Assembly: GCA_934747965.1 (NCBI GenBank)
Contig: CAKVHI010000005.1
Span: 16,856 to 80,855 of the forward strand
DNA from: an uncultured Clostridia bacterium
Lineage (GTDB): Bacteria > Bacillota > Clostridia > Christensenellales > UBA1242
Length of the DNA stretch: 64,000 bases
Direction: 5' to 3'
How positions within the stretch are numbered: the first letter of the stretch is position 1; each line of letters starts with the position of its first letter. Shown piece after piece: positions 28,250 through 36,908 of the stretch. The notes beneath the pieces were generated by a model. The model saw only the letters and a list, made by a program, of their open reading frames with translations, made no database searches and was not told where the DNA came from. Position numbers and translations under genes: made by a program.

Positions 28250-29296
28250 ATGGAAAATAGCGAACAAAAAAAACCTGTTAAAAATTTAGATGAAAAAGCA
28301 AAGCCTGTGGCAAAAAAAACCACACCTAAACCTCAAGCCTCAAAGCCTTCAACAGCAAAAAGTGAAAAAACGCTAACAAAAAAACCTGATGTTAAAAAGG
28401 CTGAAAGCACAGGTCCTGCAAAAAGTTCGACACCTAAACCACAGCCTTTGGGTGCAAAACCTGTTGTAAACAACAATCTAGGCTCAAGTAAAATGCCGAA
28501 TTCGGCACTAAAAACAGATAAATTAAATGCGGGAATAAAAAACCCTAACATAAAGCCAACTGCAAAACCGAGTGTTTCACCAGTTGCACAAAAAGTTGCT
28601 TCTAAACCTGTGAAGGAAGTGGGTGATCGACCTAACATAAAAACTGTTGATGCAAAAAATATAGAAGCAAAAACAGATAATACTGAAAATAAAAAGAAAA
28701 AGCGCAGACTTTTGCTTTTGCTATTGTTGTTACTCTTAATAGGAATTGGTGTTGGCACGGCTATTTATTTTATAACAAAAATTCCTAAAACAGAAATTAG
28801 ATTTTCGGTTGTTGTTGAACAGAAATTTAACAACACAAAAATAGATTCCGCTGGGGAAGAAGTTGAGTTACCACCTTATGTTCCGGGCGACCAAATGGAG
28901 TTTAAAGAATTAAAATTTCGAATAATTAACAACAAAGGGGCAATCACTGATTCTGAAAGAGTTTTTTTAAGATTTAAAATAGAAATTCTTTCAAACGAAA
29001 ACTATTTTGGTGGTTTATTAGACCCTGATTTTGAAAATCCTGATGATTGGGTTTATCATGAAGGCGATAATTATTACTACTACAAATATTTTTGCTATGG
29101 AAATGAAGCGCTTGAACCATTTAAACAAATGGATTTTGTCGCAGACAGAAATAATAATGCTTTGAACGGGCAAAAAGGCAAAATTGTGATTACTGTTGAA
29201 ATTTTGGAAGGAAACTATTCAGCAATCAGTTCAGAGTGGAATACGGCACCAGATTCTAAAGTTTGGAAAGCTGTAAAAAAGCAAAATAATGGGTAA
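28250..29296 (+). CDS. TasA-like domain protein with ~160-aa K/P/A-rich N-terminal extension and a poly-Leu TM
   Basis: SD AGGGGG. The N-terminus is a low-complexity 'KPxxKK/TPKPQ' region, then 'KKKRRLLLLLLLLLLIGIGVGTAIYF'. The C-terminal domain ends 'IVITVEILEGNYSAISSEWNTAPDSKVW', matching the family motif. Confidence 0.6.
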   Translation: MENSEQKKPVKNLDEKAKPVAKKTTPKPQASKPSTAKSEKTLTKKPDVKKAESTGPAKSSTPKPQPLGAKPVVNNNLGSSKMPNSALKTDKLNAGIKNPNIKPTAKPSVSPVAQKVASKPVKEVGDRPNIKTVDAKNIEAKTDNTENKKKKRRLLLLLLLLLLIGIGVGTAIYFITKIPKTEIRFSVVVEQKFNNTKIDSAGEEVELPPYVPGDQMEFKELKFRIINNKGAITDSERVFLRFKIEILSNENYFGGLLDPDFENPDDWVYHEGDNYYYYKYFCYGNEALEPFKQMDFVADRNNNALNGQKGKIVITVEILEGNYSAISSEWNTAPDSKVWKAVKKQNNG

Positions 29297-29301
29297 TTAA
29301 A

Positions 29302-30660
29302 ATGAAAAAAATATTAAAAGTTGTTTGTTGTTTAATATTTTTAATTAGTGGTTCACTAATTGTTTTTGCTTGTAAAAATGATGTAATTTTATTGCAAAAA
29401 CCGATAACTCTTAGTTTTGTGAACGCGGGTGATAGAGATGAAACAACGGGAGAAACAATAAATAATAAGTTTTTGCTTGTAACTGACAAAAATCGTTACG
29501 CAAGTGGTTATAAGTTTTTTTTAACTGATAACCAAGATTATGAAAACAGAGAAAATTATATTGCTTTAAAAGTTGTTCAAGATAATTTTGTTAATGTAAC
29601 AAATTTAATAGACAGGCAAAAACAATATCATTTTTTCGTTCAATATATAGGTTCAAAAAGGTATAAAGATTCTGAATTTTCAGATATAAAAACTATAGAG
29701 CCCGAAAAAACACAAGTGGCCACGCCTTCTCTTCAAATGGTTGACACAAAACTATTTTGGTTCAGAATTCAAAATGCAACAGGCTATGAAATTTATGAAA
29801 CAAAACTAGATAAAAATGATAATGTTCTTTCTAAAACAAAAATAGCTGATGTTGGAGAAAATGTTTTTGAATTTGACTTTTCATCAAGACTAGAAAACAA
29901 AAATGCACCATATTATAAATTTAGTTATCAGATAAAAGCAAAGGCAAGTGGAAATTATTTGGCGTCATCCTTAAGTGAGGTTAAAGACAACTTAACTTAT
30001 ATCAAAAAAGTTAATTTGGAAACGCCTAAAAATTTGACTTTTAATTTTGAAACAAAAATTTTGACTTTTGATGCTGTTGATTATGTTACAAAATATAGTA
30101 TAAAAGTAAACAAAACAGGATATGAAAAAATAATCACAACAAGCAATAATTCGATAGACCTTGAAGCTTCTGGCGTTGATTTTTCAGACCACACAACATA
30201 TAGTTTTTCTGTATCAAGTGTGGATAGCGATGTTGTTAAATTTATTAGTAGCAAAGAAAGCGACACACTAAAAAAGGATTATACAACAAATTTTTCAAAA
30301 CCGTCAAACATTCAAGTTTCACACGATGTTAACGGCTTAATCATTTCTTTCGATAAATCTGAAGTGGTAGATGCCGGAAGTTATGTTGAAGCACAAAGTT
30401 ATTGTTTGATTATAGGTTATGACGGAGTACAAGAAGAATTTGTAATTCCAAGATCAAAAATTGATGGAACAACAAAATTAACTTTGTCTGTAAAATTTAA
30501 ACTTGATATTTTTAAAAATTTGACTGATGAAGAAATTAATAATAAGGAAATTACAATAAAAATTAAGGCACAAAATCTTAACCAATATATTTTGGAAAGC
30601 GAATTTTCTGGTTATGTAAATTCTGATAATCAATCAGATAAATATGTTATAAATCTTTAA
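29302..30660 (+). CDS. Lipoprotein with FN3-like repeats
   Basis: Lipobox 'LIVFAC'. Repeated 'P..L......L.W..V..A..Y.I' style units, for example 'ATPSLQMVDTKLFWFRIQNATGYEIYE' and 'TPKNLTFNFETKILTFDAVDYVTKYSIKV'. Starts 5 nt after the preceding gene. Confidence 0.6.
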   Translation: MKKILKVVCCLIFLISGSLIVFACKNDVILLQKPITLSFVNAGDRDETTGETINNKFLLVTDKNRYASGYKFFLTDNQDYENRENYIALKVVQDNFVNVTNLIDRQKQYHFFVQYIGSKRYKDSEFSDIKTIEPEKTQVATPSLQMVDTKLFWFRIQNATGYEIYETKLDKNDNVLSKTKIADVGENVFEFDFSSRLENKNAPYYKFSYQIKAKASGNYLASSLSEVKDNLTYIKKVNLETPKNLTFNFETKILTFDAVDYVTKYSIKVNKTGYEKIITTSNNSIDLEASGVDFSDHTTYSFSVSSVDSDVVKFISSKESDTLKKDYTTNFSKPSNIQVSHDVNGLIISFDKSEVVDAGSYVEAQSYCLIIGYDGVQEEFVIPRSKIDGTTKLTLSVKFKLDIFKNLTDEEINNKEITIKIKAQNLNQYILESEFSGYVNSDNQSDKYVINL

Positions 30661-30662
30661 AT

Positions 30663-30701
30663 AAAAAATATCTTAAAGAATTACTTTAAGATATTTTTTT
30701 T
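30663..30701. terminator. Bidirectional terminator between convergent genes
   Basis: ATATCTTAAAG (30668-30678), 5-nt loop, CTTTAAGATAT (30684-30694), flanked by A6 and T8. Confidence 0.8.
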
Positions 30702-30704
30702 AAA

Positions 30705-31796
30705 CTATACATTAAATCTGAAAAGCACAACATCATCATCTTGAATAACATAATCTTTGCCTTCCATTCTAACTTTTCCTTTTTCTTTTGCTTTAACAAA
30801 ATTGCCTGCTTCCATAAGGTCAGAATAACTAACAATTTCGGCTTTTATAAAACCCTTTTCAAAATCTGTATGTATTTTGCCTGCTGCTTGTGGGGCTTTT
30901 GTTCCTTTTTTAATAGTCCACGCACGCACTTCTTTTTCTCCTGCTGTTAAGTAACTAAACAAACCTAAAGTGTCATAACTTGTTTTAACAAGTTTATCAA
31001 GTCCGCTTTCTTTAATTCCAAGTTCTTCCGAAAAAACAGCCTTATCTTCATCACTCAAACTAGCAAGTTCTTCTTCAATTTTAGCACACAAAACAATCAT
31101 TTTTGAATTTTGTGATTTTGCGATTTTTTCAACTTCCAAAACATAATTGTTATAATCTTTTCCAATATCATTTTCACTTATATTCGCAACATAGATGACT
31201 GGTTTTGATGTTAACAGAAAGAAACTTTTAACTATCTCATTTTCTTCATCTGTAAAATTTAAAAGCCTTACTGGCTTTCCTTCATCAAGGCAACTTTTAA
31301 TTCTTCTTAACAAATTAAGTTCAAGTTCTGTTCCAGCACCACCGACTTTTGCATTTTTTTCGGCTTTTTCAAGTCGTTTTTCAACAGTTTCAAGGTCGGC
31401 ATAAATAAGTTCGTATTCAATAATTTCAATATCTCTTTTTGGGTCAACACTGTTTTCAACATGTAAAATTTCAGCATTGTCAAAGCACCTAACAACATGG
31501 CAAATTGCATCAACTTCTCGGATGTGACTTAAAAATTTGTTTCCAAGTCCATCGCCCTTGCTTGCTCCTTTAACTAGTCCAGCAATATCAACAAATTCAA
31601 TAACAGCAGGAGTTATTTTTGAACAATTATATAATTTTGCTAAATTTTCTAGTCTATAATCTGGCACGCTTACCATTCCAACATTTGGTTCTATTGTGCA
31701 GAACGGATAGTTTGCACATTCTGCTCCAGCCTTTGTAATTGCGTTAAAAAGAGTACTTTTACCGACATTTGGTAAACCAACCACACCTAATTTCAT
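30705..31796 (-). CDS. ychF: Ribosome-binding ATPase YchF (Obg family)
   Basis: 'MKLGVVGLPNVGKSTLFNAIT', 'ANYPFCTIEPNVG', 'DIAGLVKGAS' and the C-terminal TGS-type 'GKDYVIQDDDVVLFRFNV'. Confidence 0.95.
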   Translation of the reverse strand: MKLGVVGLPNVGKSTLFNAITKAGAECANYPFCTIEPNVGMVSVPDYRLENLAKLYNCSKITPAVIEFVDIAGLVKGASKGDGLGNKFLSHIREVDAICHVVRCFDNAEILHVENSVDPKRDIEIIEYELIYADLETVEKRLEKAEKNAKVGGAGTELELNLLRRIKSCLDEGKPVRLLNFTDEENEIVKSFFLLTSKPVIYVANISENDIGKDYNNYVLEVEKIAKSQNSKMIVLCAKIEEELASLSDEDKAVFSEELGIKESGLDKLVKTSYDTLGLFSYLTAGEKEVRAWTIKKGTKAPQAAGKIHTDFEKGFIKAEIVSYSDLMEAGNFVKAKEKGKVRMEGKDYVIQDDDVVLFRFNV

Positions 31797-31942
31797 AATT
31801 AATTCTCCTAATTAAAACTTAGGATATTTTACATCTATTTTAAAATTTTGTCAAATAATAATCTAATGCAAAAATTTTTAATTAATGTAAAAAGGTAAAA
31901 ATTATTTATTAAAATATTAAATCTTTTGTCTGCTTTGTTTAT

Positions 31943-31970
31943 TAAAAAAATTCTCTTGAAAGAATTTTTT
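31943..31970. terminator. Weak terminator hairpin downstream of the MarR-like gene
   Basis: ATTCT, 6-nt loop, AGAAT, flanked by A7 and T6. Confidence 0.45.
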
Positions 31971-31992
31971 GAAGTATATTAAATTTATGATT

Positions 31993-32406
31993 TTAATTTA
32001 AAATTTGAATAAGAGTTGAAATAATATCGTTAATTTCTTGATTTTTGTTTTTATAGTCTAATACACCACTTGCATTGCTTGCAAGAGTTTTAACAATCAT
32101 GTTTGCTTTTTGTGCGCCCAAATCTGTTAGGGCATAGTTTATTAAGCGTTTGTCTAAATTATCTTTTTGCTTTTTTATTAAGTTTAAAGATAATAATTCG
32201 CTTGAAATTAATGCTAGATTTGTTTTTGCAATTCCCAAAAATTCAATTAATTGACGAGGGGACTTTTCTCCGTCAAGCAAAAAAACAAGAAACTTGTCCT
32301 TAAGCGTAAAATTATATTTTTTGTTTAAAAACACAGGGTCAAACCCTTCAATTAAACTTGATAATTTTGAAGTTAATTTTAAGAAATTTATAACATTCAA
32401 TTCCAT
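31993..32406 (-). CDS. MarR-family winged-helix transcriptional regulator
   Basis: 'SPRQLIEFLGIAKTNLALISSELLSLNLIKKQKDNLDKRLINYALTDLG' fits the HTH-plus-wing pattern. Start set at 32406 (MELNV...) because a complete promoter abuts it. The track start at 32466 is rejected. Confidence 0.6.
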   Translation of the reverse strand: MELNVINFLKLTSKLSSLIEGFDPVFLNKKYNFTLKDKFLVFLLDGEKSPRQLIEFLGIAKTNLALISSELLSLNLIKKQKDNLDKRLINYALTDLGAQKANMIVKTLASNASGVLDYKNKNQEINDIISTLIQILN

Positions 32407-32412
32407 GATAAT

Positions 32413-32441
32413 ATTATATATTACATTTTTATTTTTTGCAA
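32413..32441 (-). promoter_or_regulatory. Promoter abutting the MarR-like ATG (leaderless geometry)
   Basis: On the minus strand: TTGCAA (32441-32436), 17 nt, TATAAT (32418-32413), 6 nt, ATG at 32406. No SD. Confidence 0.6.
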
Positions 32442-32505
32442 ATATTATTAAAAGTTTAATTGACAAATTTTACTTTTAAGTTTAAAATATAAAAATAAAT
32501 AGCAA

Positions 32506-32581
32506 TGGAGTGTAGCCAAGCGGTAAGGCATCGGATTCTGATTCCGACATTTCGTGGGTTCAAGTCCTACCACTCCAACCA
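32506..32581 (+). tRNA. tRNA-Gln (anticodon CTG), CCA encoded
   Basis: Acceptor stem TGGAGTG/CACTCCA with the U1-A72 pair typical of tRNA-Gln. Anticodon arm TCGGA-TTCTGAT-TCCGA. T arm GTGGG-TTCAAGT-CCTAC. Discriminator A plus CCA. 76 nt. Confidence 0.92.
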
Positions 32582-32590
32582 AATAAAATG

Positions 32591-32615
32591 AAAAGTCTTA
32601 AAAAGACTTTTTTTA
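32591..32615 (+). terminator. Terminator after the tRNA
   Basis: AAAAGTCTT, short loop, AAGACTTTT, then a T-run. Confidence 0.65.
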
Positions 32616-32759
32616 AAATAAATTTTATGAAAATTGATTATGACACAATAAAATATATTAAATGCGCTTATTTTATGAGGAATACACATTTTTATAATAA
32701 ATTTAGAAAATGTTACGCTTTTTGCTAATTTTGTGATAGCGTTATACACTTATTTAAAT

Positions 32760-34151
32760 TTAAAACAATTTAGTTCTTGCATTATGTTCAAAAATTTTTT
32801 CAAAATTTATATTTAGGTCGTTATTTTTTTCTCTTAAAACATTTCCGTTTAATAATTTCGTTGATAAAAATGCTTTATTGTTTTTTATTGAACAAACATT
32901 TTGATTTATATCAATAAAAATTTTAAAACCTATCTCTTCAAGTTTGTTGTAATAGTTATTATTTTTATTTTTTTCAAATGATGAAAAATAAGTGTTTAAG
33001 TTTCCAAATATAGGCACAAGTGTTTCTTTGATAAAGTTTAAGTTTTCGTCAAGGTTGACTTCAAAATTTTTGTCAAAATTTCCATATCCAAAACTGTATC
33101 CTAAAAGTTTCAATTTTTGAACGACTTTTTTTAAATTTGAAGCGTTGTTGGGTGCATTCGGATTATTTTTGTTAATGTTGTATCCCAAAATTCCGCCACG
33201 GGAATCAATCGTAACTAAACTGCGTGCATTGTTAAAAGAAAAATCGTTGTGGCTTGCGATAAAAGATTCTAAAATTGGGATGAAATCTGTGTTGTACGAT
33301 ATTTGATTTTTCTCGGTCTGTTTTGAATTGTAGCACGCTATCTCATCTTTTCCGTCAATAATAAATTTTTCAACAAAGTAAGGCTCATTTTCAAAATAAT
33401 TTATATTATTAAAAATTAATATTATTGGGGTTTTGTTGAGTGGTAAATATAAATCTTTAATACAAACTTTGCTCTCAATGATTTCTATTATGTCTGAAAT
33501 GTTAATCAAAATATAGTCATTATTATATAATTCTTGCAAAAAGTTTTGAAATTCTTTGCTTGTTAAATAATAATTGTCTAGGTCATCTTTTTGTGTATTC
33601 TCATCGCAAAAAGCAAGATTAGGGTAAGCAATTAATTTGTTTATGGCAACAATTTTTGGCGTTTTTTCATAATAAAAAAGTCCGTCTTTGATAAAAAACT
33701 TTGAATAATAAGAAATTAAAGAGTTTATTGTCGTTTTATCTTTAAAAAGTTCACTTTTGCTTTCCAAAAATTCTACGGCATTTTTAAATTCCTTGTTGTT
33801 TGCCATATCTCGGGCTTTCAAAATTATATTATTTCTGTAGTTATCCATTAATTTCTCAAGTTTTTCAATGTTGTAGGAAAAAAATTGTGTGTTTTCATGG
33901 CAAACAATGTCAAGATATTTGTAAATCTTTTCAATTTCTTCATCAAATTCTTCGCTATTTTGAAGTTTAATCAATAACTTTTCTGCAAGATTTATTTGAT
34001 TTAAAGTGTTTTCGGGCGAAGCAAAAATAACAAACTTTGCATTTGTTATTGTAATAGAAAAAATCATAATAAAACAAATTAAAAGGATATTAAAAAACTT
34101 TTTCACGATTTTATTATTTGTTAAAAACAAAATTAAATTTAAAAAAAACAA
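32760..34151 (-). CDS. Hypothetical membrane-anchored protein, possibly a degenerate NodB/polysaccharide-deacetylase-like fold
   Basis: N-terminal TM. 'SKEFQNFLQELYNNDYILINISDI...LPLNKTPIILIFNNINY...DFIPILESFIASHNDFSF' follows the deacetylase layout, but the DD of 'TFDDG' is replaced by NN. Confidence 0.4.
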   Translation of the reverse strand: MFFLNLILFLTNNKIVKKFFNILLICFIMIFSITITNAKFVIFASPENTLNQINLAEKLLIKLQNSEEFDEEIEKIYKYLDIVCHENTQFFSYNIEKLEKLMDNYRNNIILKARDMANNKEFKNAVEFLESKSELFKDKTTINSLISYYSKFFIKDGLFYYEKTPKIVAINKLIAYPNLAFCDENTQKDDLDNYYLTSKEFQNFLQELYNNDYILINISDIIEIIESKVCIKDLYLPLNKTPIILIFNNINYFENEPYFVEKFIIDGKDEIACYNSKQTEKNQISYNTDFIPILESFIASHNDFSFNNARSLVTIDSRGGILGYNINKNNPNAPNNASNLKKVVQKLKLLGYSFGYGNFDKNFEVNLDENLNFIKETLVPIFGNLNTYFSSFEKNKNNNYYNKLEEIGFKIFIDINQNVCSIKNNKAFLSTKLLNGNVLREKNNDLNINFEKIFEHNARTKLF

Positions 34152-34215
34152 AAAAAGTTATTTTTCTATTAAAATATATATATTTTTAAAGTAAAATTAT
34201 GTTATTTTGTTGAAT

Positions 34216-35265
34216 ATGGAAAAAAAGTTGTATAAAAATTTGAAAACTATAATTTTGGAAGAAAATGTTCTTCAAAAATTAAATGAAATACTTGAAAGCA
34301 TGGTGTTAAATTGCAAAGTTTTGGTGATTGTTGATTTTTTAACTTTTCAAAAATATAATCATAAACTTGAAGAGATTAAATCTTGTGCCCTTAATTGTTT
34401 GGAAATCAAGGTTTTAAGTGTATTCAGCAAAATAGATGAAATTTGTCTTGACGAAAGCGTTGGCTTTGTTGTTGGAATTGGTGAAAATCAAACATTAAAA
34501 ACCGTTTCTGATTTTGCCATAAAAAATAATATAAGTTATGGTTTGGTTAACTTATTTTTGTTAAAAAGTGATATTTTGATGCAAAAAAACGGCAATTTAG
34601 ACAGTTTTTTGCCAAATTTTGTGTTAATAGAGAAAAATAATTTAAGTTTGAAAGATAAATTTTTTATGTTTTGCGACTTGTTTTCTTATTCTAAGTTTTT
34701 GTTAGAAAATAGTTTTAATTTTGAAAATCTAAAATTAAAAGAATTTTGTAAGCAATATGTTTTGCTTTTGCAAAATTTTGTCGATGTTAAAGACGAATTT
34801 GATGATGAGTTTTTTTACAAAAAATTTATAGCACATATTTTGTTAGTGCATAAATATAACATTGTTTGCAAAAAAAAGTATAAAAATGATTATAAAAATT
34901 TTGTAAGTAATTTTTTTCTTGTTTTGTGTTACAAAAATATTTTTTTAAGTTTGAATTGCAAAAATTTAAATAAGGCAAATGCGAAAAGTTTAGACAAAAT
35001 TTTGCTTGATAACTACGATCAATTTGATTTTTCGTTTTACAAAACATATCTGATTAATTTTAAACAAAAATTTTTAAGCAGAATTAATTTGTCGTTAAAT
35101 TTCAATTTAAAACTTTTAAATTTTTTGAAAGAAAATTATTTTAGTGTTTATTATGAAAATGTAAAAAGCTTACAACAAATCGAATTAAACAAAGATTTGT
35201 TTGAAAATACATTTTTGAAAAAAATGAGTTATTTTGAATTATTCAACAAGGTTTTAAAAATATAA
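34216..35265 (+). CDS. Hypothetical protein (K/N/F-rich)
   Basis: Long uninterrupted ORF. ATG at 34216 is preferred over the TTG at 34207. No SD and no confident motif. Confidence 0.45.
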   Translation: MEKKLYKNLKTIILEENVLQKLNEILESMVLNCKVLVIVDFLTFQKYNHKLEEIKSCALNCLEIKVLSVFSKIDEICLDESVGFVVGIGENQTLKTVSDFAIKNNISYGLVNLFLLKSDILMQKNGNLDSFLPNFVLIEKNNLSLKDKFFMFCDLFSYSKFLLENSFNFENLKLKEFCKQYVLLLQNFVDVKDEFDDEFFYKKFIAHILLVHKYNIVCKKKYKNDYKNFVSNFFLVLCYKNIFLSLNCKNLNKANAKSLDKILLDNYDQFDFSFYKTYLINFKQKFLSRINLSLNFNLKLLNFLKENYFSVYYENVKSLQQIELNKDLFENTFLKKMSYFELFNKVLKI

Positions 35266-35300
35266 GTTTAAACTAACAAAATTGTGTTTATCATTTATGC

Positions 35301-35786
35301 ATGAAAAAATTTATACTTATGTTTATATTTTTGTTTCTTATTTTGTTTACATACAGTTTTAAACCAATTTTGTTCGATGCTTTTTCTGTAAAAAATTTAG
35401 TGTTTGGCGACATAGAATACTCAATTTATTGCAAAGACATTGAAGAAAATATTGAAAATTCAACGATTATTGATAATGGTAACAGTTATATAATAAAAAC
35501 AAATATTAACAATGCAAAAAATGTTAAAGGTAAAAGTAATTACATTTTAGGAGAAAGTGTGAGGTTTAAAAGCACAATTAATGGTGTTGAAAAACTAATC
35601 AAATTTTATGACGCAAATGTTGTTAAAACAGAATGTGTTGAAAATATTGTTTGTGTTTATGCTTTCAGTGAAAAATTGTCGACCAAAAAGTTTATTGAAA
35701 TTGATAATCAGAAAATCAACTTACAAATTGCTTTTAGTAATAATTTTTTAACAATAGGAACTCCGATTATTTTGGGAGATTATTAA
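35301..35786 (+). CDS. Hypothetical secreted/membrane-anchored protein
   Basis: N-terminal hydrophobic signal/anchor 'FILMFIFLFLILFTY'. No SD. Confidence 0.45.
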   Translation: MKKFILMFIFLFLILFTYSFKPILFDAFSVKNLVFGDIEYSIYCKDIEENIENSTIIDNGNSYIIKTNINNAKNVKGKSNYILGESVRFKSTINGVEKLIKFYDANVVKTECVENIVCVYAFSEKLSTKKFIEIDNQKINLQIAFSNNFLTIGTPIILGDY

Positions 35787-35853
35787 CAAAAATTTTTTTA
35801 AAAAAATGTTTAGAAAATTTATTTTAGTTAATAATCTTGCTAAGGAGGATAAT

Positions 35854-36420
35854 ATGAAAGAAAAATTTATTAAAGGATTAAAAAAATATAGAGGTTACTT
35901 ATATTCAGTTTTGGCAGTTGTTTTGGTGGCATTGATTTTAACTTTATCACTAGCGGCTTCAAAACCTAAACAAGAAGGAGAAGTTGTGGTAAATACAGAC
36001 CCAATAAAATTTGCAATGCCAATTAGTAATGCAACAATTTTGATGGGCTATGATGCAGAAGAGCCTCAATATATTAAAGATCTTAATTGTTGGGAAATTC
36101 ACAAAGGCTTAGATTTGCTTGCATCTGTTGGTGATGAGGTTTTGGCTTGTTATGATGGAACAGTTACTAAAATTTCAAATAATTATCTTGACGGAACAAT
36201 AATTGAAATTACTCATAAAGATGGAATTGTAAGTGTTTATAAAGGTCTAAGTAACGAAACTAAAGTTAAAGTGAATGATGTTGTAACACTTGGTCAAGCT
36301 ATCGGTACTGTTGGCGATGCTAACGAAAGTGAAACTGGCTCGCATGTTCATTTTGAAATTATCAAAGACAATGAAAAGATTGATCCGCTAAGTTATATTG
36401 AAATTTCTGGCAAAGATTAA
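35854..36420 (+). CDS. M23 family peptidase, membrane anchored (SpoIIQ/LytM-like)
   Basis: SD AAGGAGG before the ATG at 35854. N-terminal TM. 'HKGLD' carries the HxxxD motif. 'GQAIGTVGDANESETGSHVHFEI' carries the HxH motif. Confidence 0.8.
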   Translation: MKEKFIKGLKKYRGYLYSVLAVVLVALILTLSLAASKPKQEGEVVVNTDPIKFAMPISNATILMGYDAEEPQYIKDLNCWEIHKGLDLLASVGDEVLACYDGTVTKISNNYLDGTIIEITHKDGIVSVYKGLSNETKVKVNDVVTLGQAIGTVGDANESETGSHVHFEIIKDNEKIDPLSYIEISGKD

Positions 36421-36491
36421 TTGTTGAAATTTGCTTTACTTTTGTTTGAAAAAGTGATAAAATAGCCCTGTATCTTAATAGGAGGACGCTT

Positions 36492-36722
36492 ATGACTTTT
36501 GAAAAAGTAAGAAATATAATTTGCAACCAACTAGGAAAATCTGAAGACAAAGTTACATTAGAATCAAGTATTGTTGAAGATTTGGGCGCTGATTCGCTTG
36601 ATGTTGTTGAAATGCTTATGGCTATGGAAGAAGAATTTGATATGACTCTTCCTGATGAAGCGTGTGCAGATTTAAAAACAGTTAATGACATTGTAACTTT
36701 TATTGATGCTCATAAAAAGTAA
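36492..36722 (+). CDS. acpP: Acyl carrier protein
   Basis: 'EDLGADSLDVVEMLMAMEEEFD' contains the phosphopantetheine-attachment Ser in DSL. 76 aa. SD AGGAGG. Confidence 0.93.
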   Translation: MTFEKVRNIICNQLGKSEDKVTLESSIVEDLGADSLDVVEMLMAMEEEFDMTLPDEACADLKTVNDIVTFIDAHKK

Positions 36723-36746
36723 AAAAGTTTATTATTTAAACAAATT

Positions 36747-36775
36747 AAAGATATGTTTTAGCATATCTTTTTTTA
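36747..36775 (+). terminator. Terminator after acpP
   Basis: AAGATATG, 6-nt loop, CATATCTT, then T6. Confidence 0.7.
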
Positions 36776-36908
36776 TAGAAAATTTATTTTAAACAAAAAT
36801 TTAATATAAGTCAAAAATCTTTTGTGTTTAAGCATAAATCAATATATCAACTTGTTTTTTGTAACAAAATGTTGTATAATTTTATAATAAATAATGGGAG
36901 AAGAACAA

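Noticed and set aside
34216-35265. 'VVGIGENQTLKTVSDFAIKNNISYGLVN' reminiscent of the GGGS..D..K nucleotide-binding loop of Fe-ADH / glycerol-1-phosphate dehydrogenase-like proteins
   Set aside because: The similarity is a single degenerate stretch lacking the glycine run and metal ligands. It is too weak to call without a profile search.
23280-35853. N-terminal extensions in the track for spoIVA (23280), rplI (25302), TasA-like paralog 4 (27530), the MarR-like gene (32466) and the M23 peptidase (35806)
   Set aside because: In each case an internal ATG is better supported. It matches the conserved family N-terminus and is preceded by an SD, or for 32406 and 27617 by an abutting promoter. The extensions are low-complexity read-through of AT-rich upstream DNA.
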